Source: Octopus sinensis | Taxonomy: Eukaryota | Assembly (NCBI RefSeq): GCF_006345805.1 | Contig: NC_042999.1 | Span: forward strand, 74,090,001-74,154,000 | DNA length: 64,000 bases | Reading direction: 5' to 3' | Part shown: positions 24,146 through 37,344 of the stretch, in pieces | Layout of the letters: the number at the start of each line of letters is the position of its first letter | Numbering within the stretch: position 1 is the first letter of the stretch | Notes under the pieces: generated by a model | The model's database searches: none | What the model saw: the letters and a program-made list of their open reading frames with translations, nothing else | Told to the model about the DNA's origin: nothing | Program-made: the position numbers and the translations under genes

Positions 24146-25127
24146 AACTAGTTAAGAGTAGCAACATCACACTAGATAAAGCCAATGAAATAAGAGAATT
24201 AGACCAAAGCCAGACATATAAATATTTAGGAATCAATGAACTAGATATGATACAACATACAACTGAAAGAGAAAATAATGAAAGAGTGCTATAGACGAGT
24301 TAGATCAATACTGAAAACAAAGCTCAATGCTAAAAACAAGATAATAGGTATCAACACTCTAGCTGTATCAGGCAGTGGCTCTCCTGGCTTCTCATCTTAA
24401 CCAATTGCAAGTGTTATCATACACATTGTATTGTCTTGGTATAACAGATGTGATACAGTAAATATTCTGCTCAATGCCACAAATTTCCTTGTCAGTTGTT
24501 TGACCATACGCAGTTGAGAATGTCCCTTGGTGGCTGATGATATGTGCATCTCTGATCATGAACAGAAGTAGTGGGGGAGCATCATAGCCATGTGTTGAGA
24601 GGGATTCTTTTGGGTTTGAATAATTCACCTTTGGAAACATGGGTGTGTCGTTCATTGTCCTTAAACAAACCTTATTGAGGGACCTTTTGAGTGGGATGGG
24701 CTACTCAACCTGAACAAAATACTATCTGGACACCACCTGCAAGGTCATGCACTGTTTATCTTGATATAAAATCACCATGTCGTGCACATATGCTTGTGAT
24801 GCATGTTCCTAGTGTACCTTTATCAGACGTGTAGTCATGATGGGTATATTCTTTTCTAGTCTAGGCACAAGGCCTGAAATTTTTTTGGAGGGGTCCAGTT
24901 AATTAGATCGACCCCAGTACGCAACTAGTACTTAATTTATCTACCCCGAAAGGATGAAAGGCAAAGTCGAATTTGAACTCATAATATAAAGGCAGATGAA
25001 ACACTGCTAAGCATTTCGCCTGGCGTGCTAATGTTTCTACCAGCTTGCTGCCTTTCATAATGGTATATTGAGCTTCGTATGATTGTACCTCAGTGTCACT
25101 TTGATGGCATGCATGGCTCTCTCACCC

Positions 25128-25165
<38 letters not shown>
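24146..25165 (+). mobile_element. Internally deleted Dong/R4 copy with nested SINE
   Basis: QTYKYLGI and LNAKNKIIGINTLA joined directly to 3'UTR; (TAA)n tail at 25128. Confidence 0.7.
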
Positions 25166-26099
25166 ATAAGTTCTATCGGGAATAAGAACGAACATGAGTC
25201 AAATCAATGATAATAATATCTACAATTTTCTATGATTATTTAAAATTTCCTTCAAAATAACTTTTAAAACTTAACTATCTATAGTTTTCTCTGGCTGGAA
25301 ACACAATGATCATCCTTAAAAACTCTAAAATCTTTAACGTCCACAATTGTCTGTGAATATTTATTTGTTTTCTCTCTGACTTTTTAAAAATATAAACATC
25401 CCTCTTATTGCAAGAACACTCTTAAACACCTCCAGCTTATGCAAATTTCAAAATATTACTCTCTGTGATTACATAATTCTTTAGTTTCCTTTAGTCTCTC
25501 AAACACACAAACATCTCTCTTTCATATCCTGGAAAAACTGTAACAACTCGAAACACTTCCCAGAACTGATAAAAGTGCAGGAGATAAGCAACTGTCAGTA
25601 TTTACAAACTGTACAATTACAAAAACTATTAAGTACAGCAAAACTTGTAAAAAGAAAAAAGTAAATTCAATTGTGTACATATTAATATATATATATAATT
25701 TTTTCTATCAGTTATTAAAACAGGGCAGGATGAGTTCCTTCTCTCCAAGGTCTCCCACTGCTCTCATTAATCCCTGTTGTAATAAACACATATTTGACCC
25801 TTGTTGACTGCATGGGTGTGATCGCCCCTTTGTTGATCCCTTTTGTTAAGTACAAAGCAAAAGTTGAAACTAAGCAACATTTAATAAATACTACACAGTA
25901 GTAGTAGCAAAGCTGGCAGAATTAACTTAATTCTGCCTGTCCCTGGTACCAGCACATAACAATGATGATAATGGCTGTTGCCATGGCTCTAAAGGGTGGC
26001 TGCAAGGACAGAGACTATGGACAGTAGTGGTGGTAACCAATGATAGCCACTGCTACTGTAATGGCAAGGTAGAGGTAATTGTAATGGTAATAATGGTGG

Positions 26100-29020
26100 A
26101 GTGACAATAATGGTAGGGATAATAACCATTTCTACATCGGCCACACAAAAATGTCTTACAAATCAAAAGGGAAAATTAAAACAGTGCACCAAATCGCTTA
26201 TTTTATTATTAATCTGGAAGTGTGTTCCCCAGGAGAGAGCCAGCCTGGGGTCGAAAAGTCACCCACTGGCACAAACTCTTCTCCATATATGAAACTGGGT
26301 GGCTGCTTGAACAGGAACTGCCCCAACTCAAACCCTTCAAGTTCACCACCACAGCCACCACAGAAAGAAAAATGTAAGAGAATCAGATGGACCTGAGAAT
26401 AGTATAAAGAAGTAATATATGCTTATTACTATGTATAAGGTGGGGCATCTCAAGAGAGACACACTTCAAACTCTAATAAAATATAGAGAATATGAAATCA
26501 AAACAGCAGACCCTATTTGGATGAAAACAAGTTAGCAAATGTTAGGAGGGACACCTTTAGAAATAATAGACTCACAGATAGTGAAATAATCCTGATCAAG
26601 CATGTAGCAGAACATGACCTAAATACAAGACGGAAATGTAGAATACAAGGAAGGAAATGTAGAATCAGATGAAGAGAACAGTTCCCAACATGTCTTAATT
26701 GAAAGACTACCATCTGACCAAATCATATAAACGCCTGAAGAAGTAAATAGTAATGAACTTGCTAGAGATAGCCAGGAAAGTAGTAAAGATACAGTATTTG
26801 AAAATCGCATTTGCTGAAGAACACAGAGAGTCTATGATAGAAATGAAACAGAAAATTCTGAATAAGCTTGCAGTTGTAAGACTTGCGAGTATGCATGATA
26901 GAGAGCCACTTCATAAACTCTCAAATATAAGCCAAAATAAAAAGCAAATTGAAATTGGCAACTATGTGACAAAAGAAGTCATACAAGAATTAAAATTTGA
27001 TCTTACTGAATTAAATAAAATTATTTACACATCTGCTAAGTCAATTGAAACCAGTTGTATGCCTCCTAGCCACCCCACAAAAAAGACAAAGAAAACTAAA
27101 TATTGGAAGAAATCTACACTGGAGAAGTAAAATTGAAAAAGAGATTGAATTAATGAGAGGTAAAATATCAATATTAAATGAACAAATCTGTGGAAATGAT
27201 GTAAGATCCAGAAAAAGAAGAAAGATGAAGAGAAAATCTAGATTCTCACCAAGAGAAGAACTGCTTTCAACAAAAGAAACACTGAAACAAAAAGTCCAAA
27301 CAAAAACTCAAAGAATACAAAGATTTGAGAAAAGAAATAAGTTTTACAAACAAAATAATCTGTTCACATCCAATGCAAAAGAATTCTACAGAGAAATAGG
27401 GCAGGAGAGAATAACTGCTGAAGATTTCCCCTCCCCCACTCCCATGGGAGAAGTTGAAAACTTTTGGGAAAAGGTTTGGAGTGATGAAAAGACATACAAT
27501 GAAAATGCAAAGTAAATGAGACAAACTGAAAGATTCTATCAAAATGAGCCGGAACAAGCATGGGAAGGCAATACAAGAGTAGATCTAAGGATGACATGCA
27601 TGAAGGCTCATAAAGAAATGATGAAAGAAATGAATGTAGTTGTAATGGAGTGCTACTTTCTGGGTAATCCAAGAAATGCTAATGAAGTACCTGTTAGGGG
27701 ACATAGGAAAAGAATGTACAGGGCATAGAGTGACAGAGGCCTTTTTGAATTGAGTAAACAAAATCTGTGTGACCAAGTTAGAGCCATCAGAAAGAATGAA
27801 TGTTTGTCTCCAGTTGAACTAGAAAGCATTAAGAGACAGGTGCTTAGGGATAGTAAGATCAGCAGTGAATGGAAAGAGGAGGAAGAGAATGCAGATAGTG
27901 AAACTAAGGCAGTGGAGTTAAAGGAAGAAAGGGAGCATGAGGCTACAATTATTGATCAGGAAAGCGATGAGAGAACTGAGGAACAGATATCCATTTTAAA
28001 TGAAATCATTGATATTTGAACCTCTGGTGAACAGAGCTTTCATTTTGTGTTTAAAAAAGTAGACAGAAAGAAACACAATGAATGGGTCAGGAAGATAAAT
28101 GATGTCACTGGTGATATCATGACTGACAACATCACGGACACCAACAATCTGATGAATGCAATCTCGATCTTTATAACCTGGAAGTTAGGTTTGAAAGCCA
28201 AAGGTAACTGTCAACATAACCTGAAGGAACCATGGCAGAAAAGGAGAATAATGCAGTCTATTAATGAGACCAGAAAGCATATTAATATTCTGGAACAGAA
28301 AAAGAGAAATGAAGTTCAGTAAGAGAAATATTTTGAGCTAGAGAGGAAGTATAGGGTGAAGAGAAAGGAAATCAATGTTGTGAGTGAGGAATTAAAACAG
28401 AGGTTGAAAGCTAAAGCACATAAACTAAAATGATATGAACAGAGAATTGAGCAGTACAGACTGAACAGACTTTTTGGACAAAATCAGAAAGGAGTCTATC
28501 GGGAACTGGATGGGAAAAGAAAAGCAAAAGATTCTGGTCAAACAAATGGTCTCAGGAGAAACAACATGAAACAGTAGCAGAGTGGTTAAAGAGGAGAGTG
28601 GAGAGTATCAGCAGGAGGATTTAAGAATAACCGGGGAGAGGATTAGAGATCAGTGCAGGAAAATATCTAACTAGAAAGCACTTGACCCAGATGGGGTTCA
28701 GAGTTTTTGACTTAAAAACTTGACAGCTCTGCACAGGAGAATTGCGAGACAGCTGAACGAAATACTATCCAAGTACCATCCTGGTTAACAAAAGGAAGAA
28801 TGGTACTATGCCAGAAGGAGACCCAAGTAAAGGGAATGCGGTTGGAAACTTCTGACCAATATCTTGTTTGCCACTGATGCAGAAACTGATGATGGGCATC
28901 ATATCAAGTAGCATCTATAAGTACCTAGATGAGAATGATCTACTATCAGTGGAACAAAAAAGGTGTAGATGTAAGATCAGAGGAATGAAGGATCAATTAC
29001 TAATCGATAAGACTTTATTG
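26100..29020 (+). mobile_element. Two consecutive 5' halves of decayed Dong/R4-like elements
   Basis: RIRWT, NNLFTSNAKEFYREI, ENFWEKVWS (to ~27580); then NVVVMECYF, QNLCDQVRAI, KA..PDGV, PISCLP, DQLLIDK. Confidence 0.75.
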
Positions 29021-30443
29021 TTTTAGTCTTTCACAACAATATCTGGTTTATTAGCTTTGATGGTTCTGTCTATGTACTGGAAAGAATTGTTAGGATGATC
29101 CCTGGCTTACCATCCATGCAAGAATGCAAAAGATTGTTTTAACTGGTATGTCACACATATGGAGAAGAGTATTGTCACTGTGAAATTTCTTTTCTTTCAC
29201 CCCTTTATTTCCTCTGTTTTCTTGTTTTCATTTATCCTACCTTTTTGTTTTTTCTTTCCTTTTTCTTTCTTTTATTTCTTCATTCCTTTTTCTATCGCAA
29301 GACTTTGTAAATGAACAATCTGGTATGTTTATTTTAATGGCCTACCAATGTATATAGGGAGTTTCTTTGCCCTAAGTATTGGGACGACACTTAGAAATGG
29401 AAACAAAATTGAAAGATGAGGATAATAATAATAATGACAATGATGATATCTTTAACATTGGCTCCTGTGCAGATGACACGTAAAAATACCATTTGAGCAT
29501 GGCCATTGTCAGTACCGCCTGACTGGCCCTCATGCTGGTGGCATGTAAAAGCACCCACTACACTCTCGGAGTGGTTGGCGTTAGGAAGAGCATCCAACTG
29601 TAGAAACTCTGCCAGATCAGACTGCAGCCTGGTGCAGTCATTTGGCTCACCAGTCCCCAGTCAAACTGTCCAATCCCTGCAAGCATGGAAAGCGAACGTT
29701 AAACGATGATGATAATGATGATGATCAGAGTTTACGTTGATCATAATCACCATCATTTTCATAGTATTTTCATGATGGATGGGGTGGAAAGGATTGCTGT
29801 AGATTATATCATTATTTGTTTTAATCTAGTATCCTAAGTTCTAAACACATTACTTCTTGTATCTTTATCAGCCTTCATCTTCTACAGATATTACAGATAC
29901 TATCCACAAACAACACAAAAAAAGTCTTTTACCCAGATCTTTTACATTCAGTGCCAATGTTTGACATTACGCCTTATGTGCACTTATAATATTTACTTTT
30001 AGCACAAAGCAACGGTCATTTTGGTAACAGTAGGAATGAGAACCCAGATTCAAAATCTCCCTAAGACACCCGATGAAGGCTGGAGGGTATATCAGCTGAA
30101 ATGTTGTGTTAACAACAAATAAGATGAGGACAAATATCCATCAAACGTAAATAATGTAAATTATTTATTTACATTGTTTTGAATTAATCATGCTTTATCT
30201 TGTAGCATTGAAATTTCGATGATGTGGTTGTTTATTTTTATAATGCCATTGTAGGGAAGGTGAGAGAGCCTGGGTCTGGCCAGTTTGAACATAAAACAAA
30301 TAGAATATTTTCACCAGCTTAAATGCTAAAGGGTTACATAGATAAATAAGTGTTGATATGGGAATAAAGCAGTTTGATCACAATACAAAAATACCTATAT
30401 TGCTTACATATACATATGAGATTAGTATACTGAAAGTACTTAC

Positions 30444-30612
30444 TTTACACAGTGAGCTGCAGTAAGCACATAATATCTGCTGATCAATGAGGCAGTGCAA
30501 ACAAATCTGGTTCCTCTGAGTAACTCCACAACCCATGGCCATTCACCATGTAAAGCATCATGTCCATTCCGAATGTTGGGTTCAATCAAATCTCGTTTTC
30601 GAGTACCACAAA
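30444..30612 (-). CDS. Host protease exon: activation region and catalytic His (TAAHC)
   Basis: ttttcag / gtaagt; VCGTRKRDLIEPNIRNGHDALHGEWPWVVELLRGTRFVCTASLISRYYVLTAAHCVK. Confidence 0.93.
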
Positions 30613-31719
30613 CTGAAAACACACAAAAATATAATGAAAACTAAGAACAAAATCAAGACAATAACTTAAAACCAAAAAATCTTTGATTAGCAATAACATA
30701 ACAAAGACTATCTAGCAAAACAAAACCGAAAACAAATGCTTCCATAAAGAATGGTAGTTTTACTAATAGAACACAACATAAAGTTTTTTCATAAGCAACT
30801 TTTATCAACAACTTTTCTAATTCATGTAGATTGTAAGATTATAAAATATTGGAAAATAGCACGAATTTTTGGAGCAATTAGAATGAAAAGTCAAGTTAGA
30901 TTTTATGTCTTACAACAGGTTCTTAACCTTAAACTGAACTGGTATTTGTTCTCTGATAGATTCACAAAAGTAAAGCAGAATAAAGTATTTTGACAAGGGT
31001 GTAGACTAAATTTAAATTACAAATTTCATATGCTTGGTCTAACATCTTATCTATTCAACTGTAATAAATCAATCTCTATATCATATAACATACTTTTCAG
31101 ACTACATTCTACTACCAACTAAAAAAAATCCACTTATTGTTTAGCTGTTACTTATCACTGATCCACTGTATCTTGTTTCTTCTGAGGTACTGCACTTGTC
31201 ATTGTTCTACATCTGCAACTTATTGTCTACACTTAAAGTAACCTTCCTCTATAGCACTTCTCTCTTTAAGCTTCACTGATCTACAAAAAGGCTTTGTCAT
31301 AAACCTTTCTTCTTAGAATTATAATATATTTAGGACTTTTATATTTCCCTACATTTTCTACCCCAACGACAAAACTTTCTAAAGATCAAGTGTCCATGCA
31401 TGTTTTTGCATCCTATATGGATAGATGAATTGGGTTTAACATAGTGGTTCTTTGATGGTATTCTGTAACACTGAGGTACTCCATAGACTTTTAAAATATA
31501 ATTCAAAGCTGAAAAATCTTATTGTTTTATGAACATATTAAAAAATGAGAAATTCAGATTTTGCATATTTATCATGTATGAATATAGGTATAATCACACC
31601 AAATACCAAACAATATTAGATTAATTTACTACACAAAGTGAGAGAAGATGAGTAGGAGCTAGAAAACCTTTCTCACTCTCTCCTCACCCCCATGCAATGT
31701 AAACTAACCTTATGTACAT

Positions 31720-32300
31720 ACAAGGAGTGTTCATTAAATATTTTCACTGACCCACTTCTGATTTTTGCAGGAAATGGAACTGTAGAGGTATAATCATACA
31801 TATCTCCACATGTCACATTGTAAATTGCAGCTTTTCACTAGTATTTGTGTGTCTTTTACAGCTTCTGAAGTGGACCAAGTTGTTATAATGGAGGCAGTTG
31901 AATGCAGATCAGTAGTGTGGTTCTTATACTTGAAAGGTTGTACACCAAAAGAGACTTTCGGTGAGATGAAAGAAGTTTATGGTGACGATGCACCATGAAA
32001 CGATGTAGACAAGCACTGGTATTGCCAGTTCAACTGTAGCCAGACATTGGTGAAAACTGTTCCTATTACTGAATGACCACATTCTGTTATTGATGATGAC
32101 ACCATCTATAAAGTGGAAGTCATAATTTTGGAGGATCACTGCCTAAATATTTGGTAATTAGCCCAAGAAGTGAAGATAAATGTAGGGTCTGTGGAAAAAA
32201 ATCATTCATGACCATTTGCACATGCAGAAGATGTCTACACAATAGATTCTCTGGATGCTCACACCTTTTCAGAAGCAGGAATGAGTCAATTGCTCCCAGT
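31720..32300 (+). mobile_element. Mariner 5' fragment
   Basis: FLYLKGCTPKETFGEMKEVYGDDAP; same family as 46970-48372. Confidence 0.8.
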
Positions 32301-32479
32301 CTCTGTTGCCAATCCACTAAGTTATGGGTACATAAGGACATCAGCACTAGTTGTCAAATAGTGGTGGGTGACAAACACAGACACACACACACACAGAGGG
32401 TCCGATGGATAAATTATCACCATTTTATATCATTAATTCTATGCATGCTCATAGTTTTTGATTTTGTTGACTACACAAT

Positions 32480-33243
32480 ATAGTAGGATCAGTTGGGCAC
32501 CGTCTGTGATAAAAACAGCACCACGATGCAATTCACTCTGCCAGAAATTTGGAAATGACATGCTGTACTGCTTGGCATTTACACCAGAAGCTCCAATATG
32601 AACATTTCAGAGTGTCTGGGTGTCAATCTGAGTGTTTGCTGTGTCCCCAAAACACGTACCCAAAAATTATAAAAATCAAACATCCAGTCAACATCACAAC
32701 CTCAGACTCAACATGAAGGCCTACATCAAATGACTGGAGGAAGTAGTATTACCTTGGGTCAAGAGGGTGGCTGCTGGAAGACCCTATATCTGGCAACAGG
32801 ACTCTATACCATGCTACACAAGCAGGAGAACCTAGTCACGGCTGTCAGACAATTTCTGCAACTGCACCCCCCCCCCACCCCCGCCCCCAGATGTTAATCT
32901 GGCCACCTAACTCCTCAGACTGCAATCCCTTGATTGTTATGTGTGGATGCAGTTGAGCAAGAGCCCCAAAAATTTCCTTGTAACACCAAAGATGAACTGA
33001 AAGCTAGGATTATGGCAGCATTCACCAACTTAAACAAGGAGACTATCCAGAAGAGTTGCAGGATATTCCGAAGTTGTCTGGAGGCTGTGGTTGAAGTCAA
33101 TGGCGATTTTATTGAATAAATTTACTCTTTAGTATTTCAAGATATTTTAATGTAATTTTGGTAAATATATCTGTTAAAATGAGGTGTCAGTGTTACTTTC
33201 ATTTTCGTGTAATTTAGATAACAGTTTATTCACAGCACCCTGT
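32480..33243 (+). mobile_element. Deleted Tc1-superfamily transposon
   Basis: WQQDS.PCYTS, WPPNSSDCNP, FRSCLEAVVEVNGDFIE; ends CACCCTG+TA. Confidence 0.75.
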
Positions 33244-33246
33244 ATA

Positions 33247-34165
33247 TCATCATCATCATCATCCTTTAATGTCCATTTTCCATGCTGGCATGGGTTGGAA
33301 GGTTTGATCTGAGCTGGCAAGCAGGAGAGTTGCACTAGGTTTTGATTTGATTTGGCTTGGTTTCTATGGCTGGATGCTCTTCCTAATACCAGCCACTTTA
33401 CAGTCAGTGATGGGTGTTTTTAACATGGCACTGGCACAAGCACTTTTATGTGGTGCAAGTGATTTTTAGGTGACACTGGCACAGGACTCTTGCAAGCCAA
33501 TCGTCGGTACCAGTGGAAGAGGCCTTAATACATTTGCTGTGGAGAATAGGCCATCTTGAGTACAGCAAGACTCCAGGTATCTCAGTCCTCTGTCATCTCA
33601 TCTGAAGGGTTCAGCGTCCTGAGGTCATCCTTCAGTGGTTCATCCCATGCCTTCCTGAGTCTCCCTGTTCCATAAGTTCCATCCACTTCGAGAGCTTGGC
33701 ACTTCTTCATGGAACTGTTGGCCTCCATCTGCACCACATGACTAAACTAGTGCAGTTTTCCCTTTTGCATACTGTATCTCATTTCTCTTATGTCTAACTT
33801 CTTTCCAATGCACTATCACTCTGTCATACATGTATACTTACATTACACATCCAACAGATCATACTAGCCTCATTCTTCTCTAGCCTTTGCATGTATTCTG
33901 CATTCAAGGCCAATGTCTCACTACCGCTATTTTGGTTGCAGACAGATGTAAAAACTCCCTGAATTTTCTCCATCCTATTCTTATTATAGCTATTATACTC
34001 TCTGTACATCCTCTGCCACTACTAATTTGGTCTCCTAGGTAGGAGAAATTATTTACTATCTCTAAAGAGTCAATGGAGCATTTGAGAAAATCAATTTCCT
34101 GAGTATCTGTAGTTTTTATGGCTCCTCTGTATCTTCCACATATGCACACTACTTTCTCTAGAAGT
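33247..34165 (-). mobile_element. RTE-like LINE 3' portion
   Basis: FSYLGDQISSGRGC..RIGWRKFRE, GSETLAL, (GAT)n tail. Confidence 0.75.
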
Positions 34166-34172
34166 CACTGAC

Positions 34173-34205
<33 letters not shown>

Positions 34206-34465
34206 AAGGACAACTACTTAATAAGGAAAACTTAACAAGAAATTGTCAGGTAGATAGCGTAAAAACCTCATAAGAGAAAAAATTTCGAAAATAATTATTT
34301 CTTATTGAACATATTAATTTATATATAGAGGGCATAATTATACATACATGCCAGGAGGCATTATATACCTGCCAAACGCTAAGAGGGACAATCAGTCATT
34401 TCTACCAAAAATATTACTAATCCCACCGAATGCAATTTTTCAAAGTAAGACATTTAAAAATATAT

Positions 34466-34513
34466 AGGCCTGTATCACAGTGATTTCATACTTACGTAAT
34501 CATCAGCAGGCCT
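34466..34513 (-). ncRNA. Type I hammerhead ribozyme
   Basis: Exact reverse complement of 35370-35417. Confidence 0.85.
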
Positions 34514-35369
34514 GAATGTATTATAAATAAACAACGACCTTGCCTCGCTTAAGCCGAACAGCTAACTGATCAACATCAACGAAGCACATGGGTGAGTTTA
34601 TATATATTACATCCGGGTGAATGGCAAACTTTTACAAAATTGCATTTCGGGAGAGGAAAAGTTTTTTCGGAATAAAAATTTTGCAATTAAGGACAACTAC
34701 TTAATAAGGAAAACTTAACAAGAAATTGTCAGGTAGATAGCGTAAAAACCTCATAAGAGAAAAAATTTCGAAAATAATTATTTCTTATTGAACATATTAA
34801 TTTATATATAGAGGGCATAATTATACATACATGCCAGGAGGCATTATATATACCTGCCAAACGCTAAGAGGGACAATCAGTCATTTCTACCAAAAATATT
34901 ACTAATCCCACCGAATGCAATTTTTCAAAGTAAGACATTTAAAAATATATAGGCCTGTATCACAGTGATTAGTAATATTAGTAATATTTTTGGTAGAAAT
35001 GACTGATTGTCCCTCTTAGCGTTTGGCAGGTATATATAATGCCTCCTGGCATGTATGTATAATTATGCCCTCTATATATAAATTAATATGTTCAATAAGA
35101 AATAATTATTTTCGAAATTTTTTCTCTTATGAGGTTTTTACGCTATCTACCTGACAATTTCTTGTTAAGTTTTCCTTATTAAGTAGTTGTCCTTAATTGC
35201 AAAATTTTTATTCCGAAAAAACTTTTCCTCTCCCGAAATGCAATTTTGTAAAAGTTTGCCATTCACCCGGATGTAATATATATAAACTCACCCATGTGCT
35301 TCGTTGATGTTGATCAGTTAGCTGTTCGGCTTAAGCGAGGCAAGGTCGTTGTTTATTTATAATACATTC

Positions 35370-35417
35370 AGGCCTGCTGATGATTACGTAAGTATGAAAT
35401 CACTGTGATACAGGCCT
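35370..35417 (+). ncRNA. Type I hammerhead ribozyme (minimal, palindromic stem III)
   Basis: AGGCCTG-CTGATGA-TTACGTAAGTAT-GAAA-TCACTGTGA-TA-CAGGCCT: 7-bp stem I, intact core, TAC/GTA stem II with GTAA loop, stem III ATCAC-T-GTGAT, predicted cut after AUA (35410). Confidence 0.85.
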
Positions 35418-35557
35418 ATATATTTTTAAATGTCTTACTTTGAAAAATTGCATTCGGTGGGATTAGTAATATTTTTGGTAGAAATGACTGATTGTCCCTC
35501 TTAGCGTTTGGCAGGTATATATAATGCCTCCTGGCATGTATGTATAATTATGCCCTC

Positions 35558-35589
<32 letters not shown>

Positions 35590-37344
35590 GTTATATGTGA
35601 TGGGTTTCTTTCAGTTCTGTCTACCAAATTCACTCATAAAGCTTTGGTCAGCCCAAGGCTATAGTAAAAGACACTTGTTCAAGATGCCATGAGTGTGAAT
35701 GAACCTGGACCCATGTGGTTGTCAAACATAACTACATGCATCAACCTATAAATTAAGAATAAAGACGTTTGTTCATTTGAGTAAAAAACAGAGAAAATCT
35801 CAGAGGAATCTATTGAGAAATCTCAGTTCTAAAGTTTTGAGCAAGTTGTTGTGTGACATTTATTTATGGTTCTTTATATTCTGAGTTCAAATCACTCTAA
35901 GATTCAGGTTGCATTCCGCTCCTTAAGTGGTTGATAAACAAAGTGCTAGTCAAATACTGGAGCCAATATAAGTGGCTGTTCTCTTTCCTTCAAATTTCTG
36001 GCCTTGTGTCTATGTAAGAAATTATTATTAACTTTATGTATTGATTACTTTTTTAATGTTTGTATACACTGTGTTACACACACACATGCACATGCACGCA
36101 CACACAAACACACTTTTATGGAAAATTCTTCTTATTTAAGTTGTTTTCTTCTGGTTTTGGTTGCAGCCATACTTGTATATATGTATGTATTTATGAAAGC
36201 ATGTGAAATGTACACTTGCTTCATCACAATCTTCTGGTTACTGCCTTCATGACTGAACACATGATTACCATTGACATTCATTAGAAAACCTACAATTGTT
36301 GATAAATAATAACTAGGGGTACTTTACTTTTACAGTTATATTTTTGATTGGATAAATGGATAAATTTCTAAATAAGAAATATATACTTGATTAATGTGGA
36401 TCCTCTAATGTAGGATGCTTTAAATGTAACTAATTTCTATACCCATCATATAAACATTCAACCAAATGACATTATTTAAAGTTTTGTTCTTCTACACTCT
36501 GCGTGGATATAAAATGACAAATCTATGCTTCCTAACAAGTTAAATAGATATTTAAAAACTAAACATTTCCATTTTCAAGGAAAGGGTTAATTTTTTTTGA
36601 AAGGTTGTCAGAACAACAAATAAAGTAGGAAAAAGTTTCAGAAATGGCTTAAATTGCATCTTGTGAAATATCTAAAATATAAGCACTTGAAGTCTCATGC
36701 TTTAGCAAAATCCTTTATTTTTGCTTGCATGCTGGAAGATTGTTTAGGACAATGCTTGGAAATCACAAAACAAGAAATTAATAAAATCCTCTCTTGAATG
36801 ATATAATTTGCAGTTGTATTTTGTAATTGTCATCAAGGAAAATATATGATGTGATAAGCTTAAGCATTCAAATTTTGTTTTGTGAGTTGTTTAGTCAACA
36901 GAAACTACCAACAAAGCACAGTTGTTGGTTTTAATAAAAATTAAATAATAAAATGATTAAAGTTTTGGCACTACAAAATATAAAGAAATTTTTGATATTT
37001 TAAATAAATAACTGCATCAGAAAATAGGAATTATCACTGGCAGTTATGTATAGGTGAGTAGTGATGGAGCTCTTTACATGATAGGTTATAATGAAAGGGC
37101 TTACAGCACTTTTATAGAAGTAAAACACAGATTACAGAAATGTACTTGCATAGCAAGCATTTTGATCTGAGTTCATGTGCTAAAACTAAAGGGATTGCAG
37201 TGTGGAAGACATGTTAACCATTCAGAAATGCACAAAGACTGTCAACTTCACTTAAACATGTAAACTATGATTAAGTGAAGCTGAGAGTCATTCTGTGTTT
37301 CCAAAATCCAAATGTTATTACAATTTATTAACTCATAGGTTGGA

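Larger units (their letters stand above)
34195..35568. mobile_element. Retrozyme / Penelope-type ~484-bp repeat: 1.6 copies minus + 1.2 copies plus, inserted in (TA)n
   Basis: Direct period 483-485 bp in each arm; ~34317-34906 is the near-perfect reverse complement of 34977-35568; no ORF; hammerhead in the unit. Confidence 0.85.
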
